NCBI GenBank assembly: GCA_905178155.1
Contig: CAJINV010000005.1
Location: forward strand, 501,319 to 565,318
DNA: 64,000 bases
Direction: 5' to 3'
DNA from: Amoebophrya sp. A120
Taxonomy: Eukaryota > Protista > Dinoflagellata
The position numbers and the translations under genes were made by a program. Position 1 is the stretch's first letter. Every line of letters begins with the position of its first letter. Shown here piece by piece: positions 61,801 through 64,000 of this stretch. Below the pieces are notes generated by a model. That model saw nothing but the letters and a program-made list of their open reading frames with translations, did no database searches and had not been told where the DNA came from.

Positions 61801-62860
61801 CATGTCTGAATCAAAGCAATAAATTTGAGATAGTTCTGTATGTTATTTACGCAACTCTATAGCGCGAAGCGCTGAGCAAAGCATCGGGATTGAGAAGCCA
61901 CGACAAGCGATCACATGCTTCTACGCAGCAAACGAAACTATGAAGGTACATCCATTGTTTTATTGCGTTTCAACGCAAAGAAAAACTGACCATGTGTACT
62001 AGCTGCGCTAAATCGTATATGTAGGAGACGTTCGGCGGTGTCCGAGCTGAAAGTGAACAAGTTTTGAAGATCTTTTGACCCAGACCTGCACACTATCTCC
62101 ATAAAACGCGTGTCGTCATCGTAACCGGAGTAGCAACTGGCGTTGCTTGACCCACCTCCGCCATTCGACGTCGTGAAACGTTTCTCCTCTTTAACCGGGC
62201 GCGGCACGAAGGACCGGTCGACCTCCTGCGCTGCGATGGCGCCACCGTCCGTGGGTTTGCAGACCGTTCCGAACTTGTCCCGGTAGTTCATGCCGTCAGT
62301 GGGGAAGGGGATCGCCCCCTGCTCGATTTTCTCGAGATATTTGTTTTTCAGTTCGTAGGATTGCGTCTGGACGTTCGACCGGTGCTTCGAAGCGACCAGG
62401 TGGTCGTTTCCGGCTTGTTTATTACACAATAAACAATACACCTGCGATAGTACGAAGAGAGCAGAAGTTTGACCGTTTCCTGGTGGAGAGGACACAGCGT
62501 CCACTCGGTGTTTCTTTGTTCCAGAACAAACACGTTGATGGTGGATACATTTACCTAGCGTTCAATGTCGACATGGCAAAAATTCCAAGAAAAGTTCAAG
62601 CGCTCATCCAATAGATACGTGCGCCTGCCACGTGCTGCTCCACCGGTTTTCGAAGCAGTACGGCATGGCGATGATCCGCCATTTTTCCGGGACGTGGGTA
62701 TCGTCGGGTTTGGAGCAAAACTTCTTTCCCAAATGGTCCACGACGAGAATCTCCTGCTGGTTCAGGTGGTTCAAATCGAAAAATGTTGCGTCGTCCACCA
62801 TGGTAAAGGCGGTACTAGTGGGACCACCTCCGAAGCGGAGGTCGGTTTACCTGCAAGAAC
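58861..62860 (-). CDS. Multi-exon protein (one or two genes) with matrin/U1-like zinc fingers, a coiled coil and a Trp/Gly/Ser-rich tail
   Basis: VYCLLCNKQAGNDHLVASKH (61938..62504) and LRCRLCY…GSHTPNSNTH (61189..61803). Two introner removals give DRF|TLETM…RRR|CKNMP. Further exons at 59723..60061 and 58861..59604 (SSWYDAAGG, SHWG, KNWGG). The 5' end may extend toward the window end. Confidence 0.6.
60715..61028. mobile_element. IR-introner family E (314 bp), inverted relative to the 22751 copy
   Basis: Ends TATTACAATGAAAAACGCCCCCACCCCAGAA / TTCTGGGGTGCGGGCATTTTTCACTGTAATA; TSD agcgg/agcgg. Confidence 0.93.
61084..61339. mobile_element. IR-introner family C (256 bp)
   Basis: Ends TATCAAAAGTAAAAGTGTCTGGGTC / GACCCAGACATTTTTACATTTGATA; TSD aaccg/aaccg. 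Confidence 0.93.
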
Positions 62861-64000
62861 GGGACGATGTGATAAAACGGGACGATAGCCACGTCTTGAC
62901 GGCTTCTGCAGGAACGTGGCGGAAACCTCGGCGTTCTCCTGCTGCACACGTCCGTCGAAAATCTAAGTACCTCCGTAAGTGAATTTACTTAAAGTGAACA
63001 AAAGCACTTTGGCTTTATTTGTCGTTGGAGAGATTTCAGTTACTTCGTTCAATTTGGAGTAGAACAGCTTTACAACGAAAGAAGTAGTAGCAACTCGAAA
63101 AACATCATAAAAATATTCAAGAAAATCGGCGATTTTCATCAGTGGTGTGTACATGTAGTCGATCTAGATGAAGTACAAGTCTAGCGTGTATCATCTCTAC
63201 TTGCTCCAAGCGTGAATATTGCTATTGTGTAGCAATAACAAGAACGGTAGACCTGTATGATCCAGAACCAAGATCCATATCCAGCAATAGCCCCGGAGAA
63301 GAAAAATCCGTTGCAAACGATCATTAAGAACCACAACTAGAAGGATCTAGGAAGAGACCCGTATGCAGATCAGACACGGCTGATCTTGGTCTTACTTTCC
63401 ATTCACAGCGGTACCAGTAGCATCAACGGAGTCTACTTTCAGTGGATCAGTAGCATTAGCATGAGCTTCCACATCAAAACGCTGGCCACCACGACGAACT
63501 CCTCCATGTAGCTTAGGTGCAATCTTCCATCTATTCCACAAACTATTTTTCTTCATATACCGTGGGCAAAGAACATAAATGGAACCCGCAAACGAAAAAG
63601 CACTGGAGTGCGCGCTCACAACAAAAGCAGGAAATTTCATAATTGAGTGCTCGCTCTTATTCGAGGAGAGAAGCAGATCATGATGAATATAAACGGCTTC
63701 GATATTTCCATTTTTCCGCATGATGAGGTAATGTCAGTCCGATGCGTGCTGCCAACACGTGAGGAGGAAGAGGACGATGTTCGGTGAGGATATCATCGAT
63801 ACCATGTGTGTCGAGCGCTTGCGCGGAGCGACTCTCAGTTAACATTCAGCACTGCTCAACATCACTATCTTCAACATCGGAGAAGTGAACTCGCAAAGAT
63901 GTTTCGGGAGAATGCTCCTTGATGGGATGTCGCTTCTGGGTTTTGGCTTTCTCGTACTCGTTCTCCGCATAAAGATCGCTTCGTCCTGCCGTGTCTTGGT

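Overview
Eukaryotic genomic DNA. Every recognisable host gene is on the minus strand. The architecture matches the parasitic dinoflagellate Amoebophrya (Syndiniales); this is inferred, not searched. Identifiable genes are a choline dehydrogenase (GMC oxidoreductase), an EEF1AKMT4/METTL13-like methyltransferase, a divergent eIF4E, a TPR-like protein, a matrin/U1-type zinc-finger protein, and several low-complexity or membrane proteins. The dominant feature is 32 inverted-repeat 'introner' elements in at least 8 families, 148-314 bp plus one of 1.19 kb. Most have TAT...ATA termini and a 5-bp direct repeat (TSD). At the junctions I translated by hand, removing the element plus one 5-bp repeat restores the host frame, usually without GT-AG and in either element orientation. 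One ~2200-aa membrane protein gene carries 22 of them. All families share an internal GCATNACA/TGTNATGC motif. A 4.6-kb inverted-repeat-bounded element (47702-52305) carries the same motif, a 39-bp palindromic array and what looks like a GC-hypermutated hAT-like transposase; it is a candidate master element. Two further hAT-like relics lie at ~0.5-1.9 kb and ~56-58 kb.
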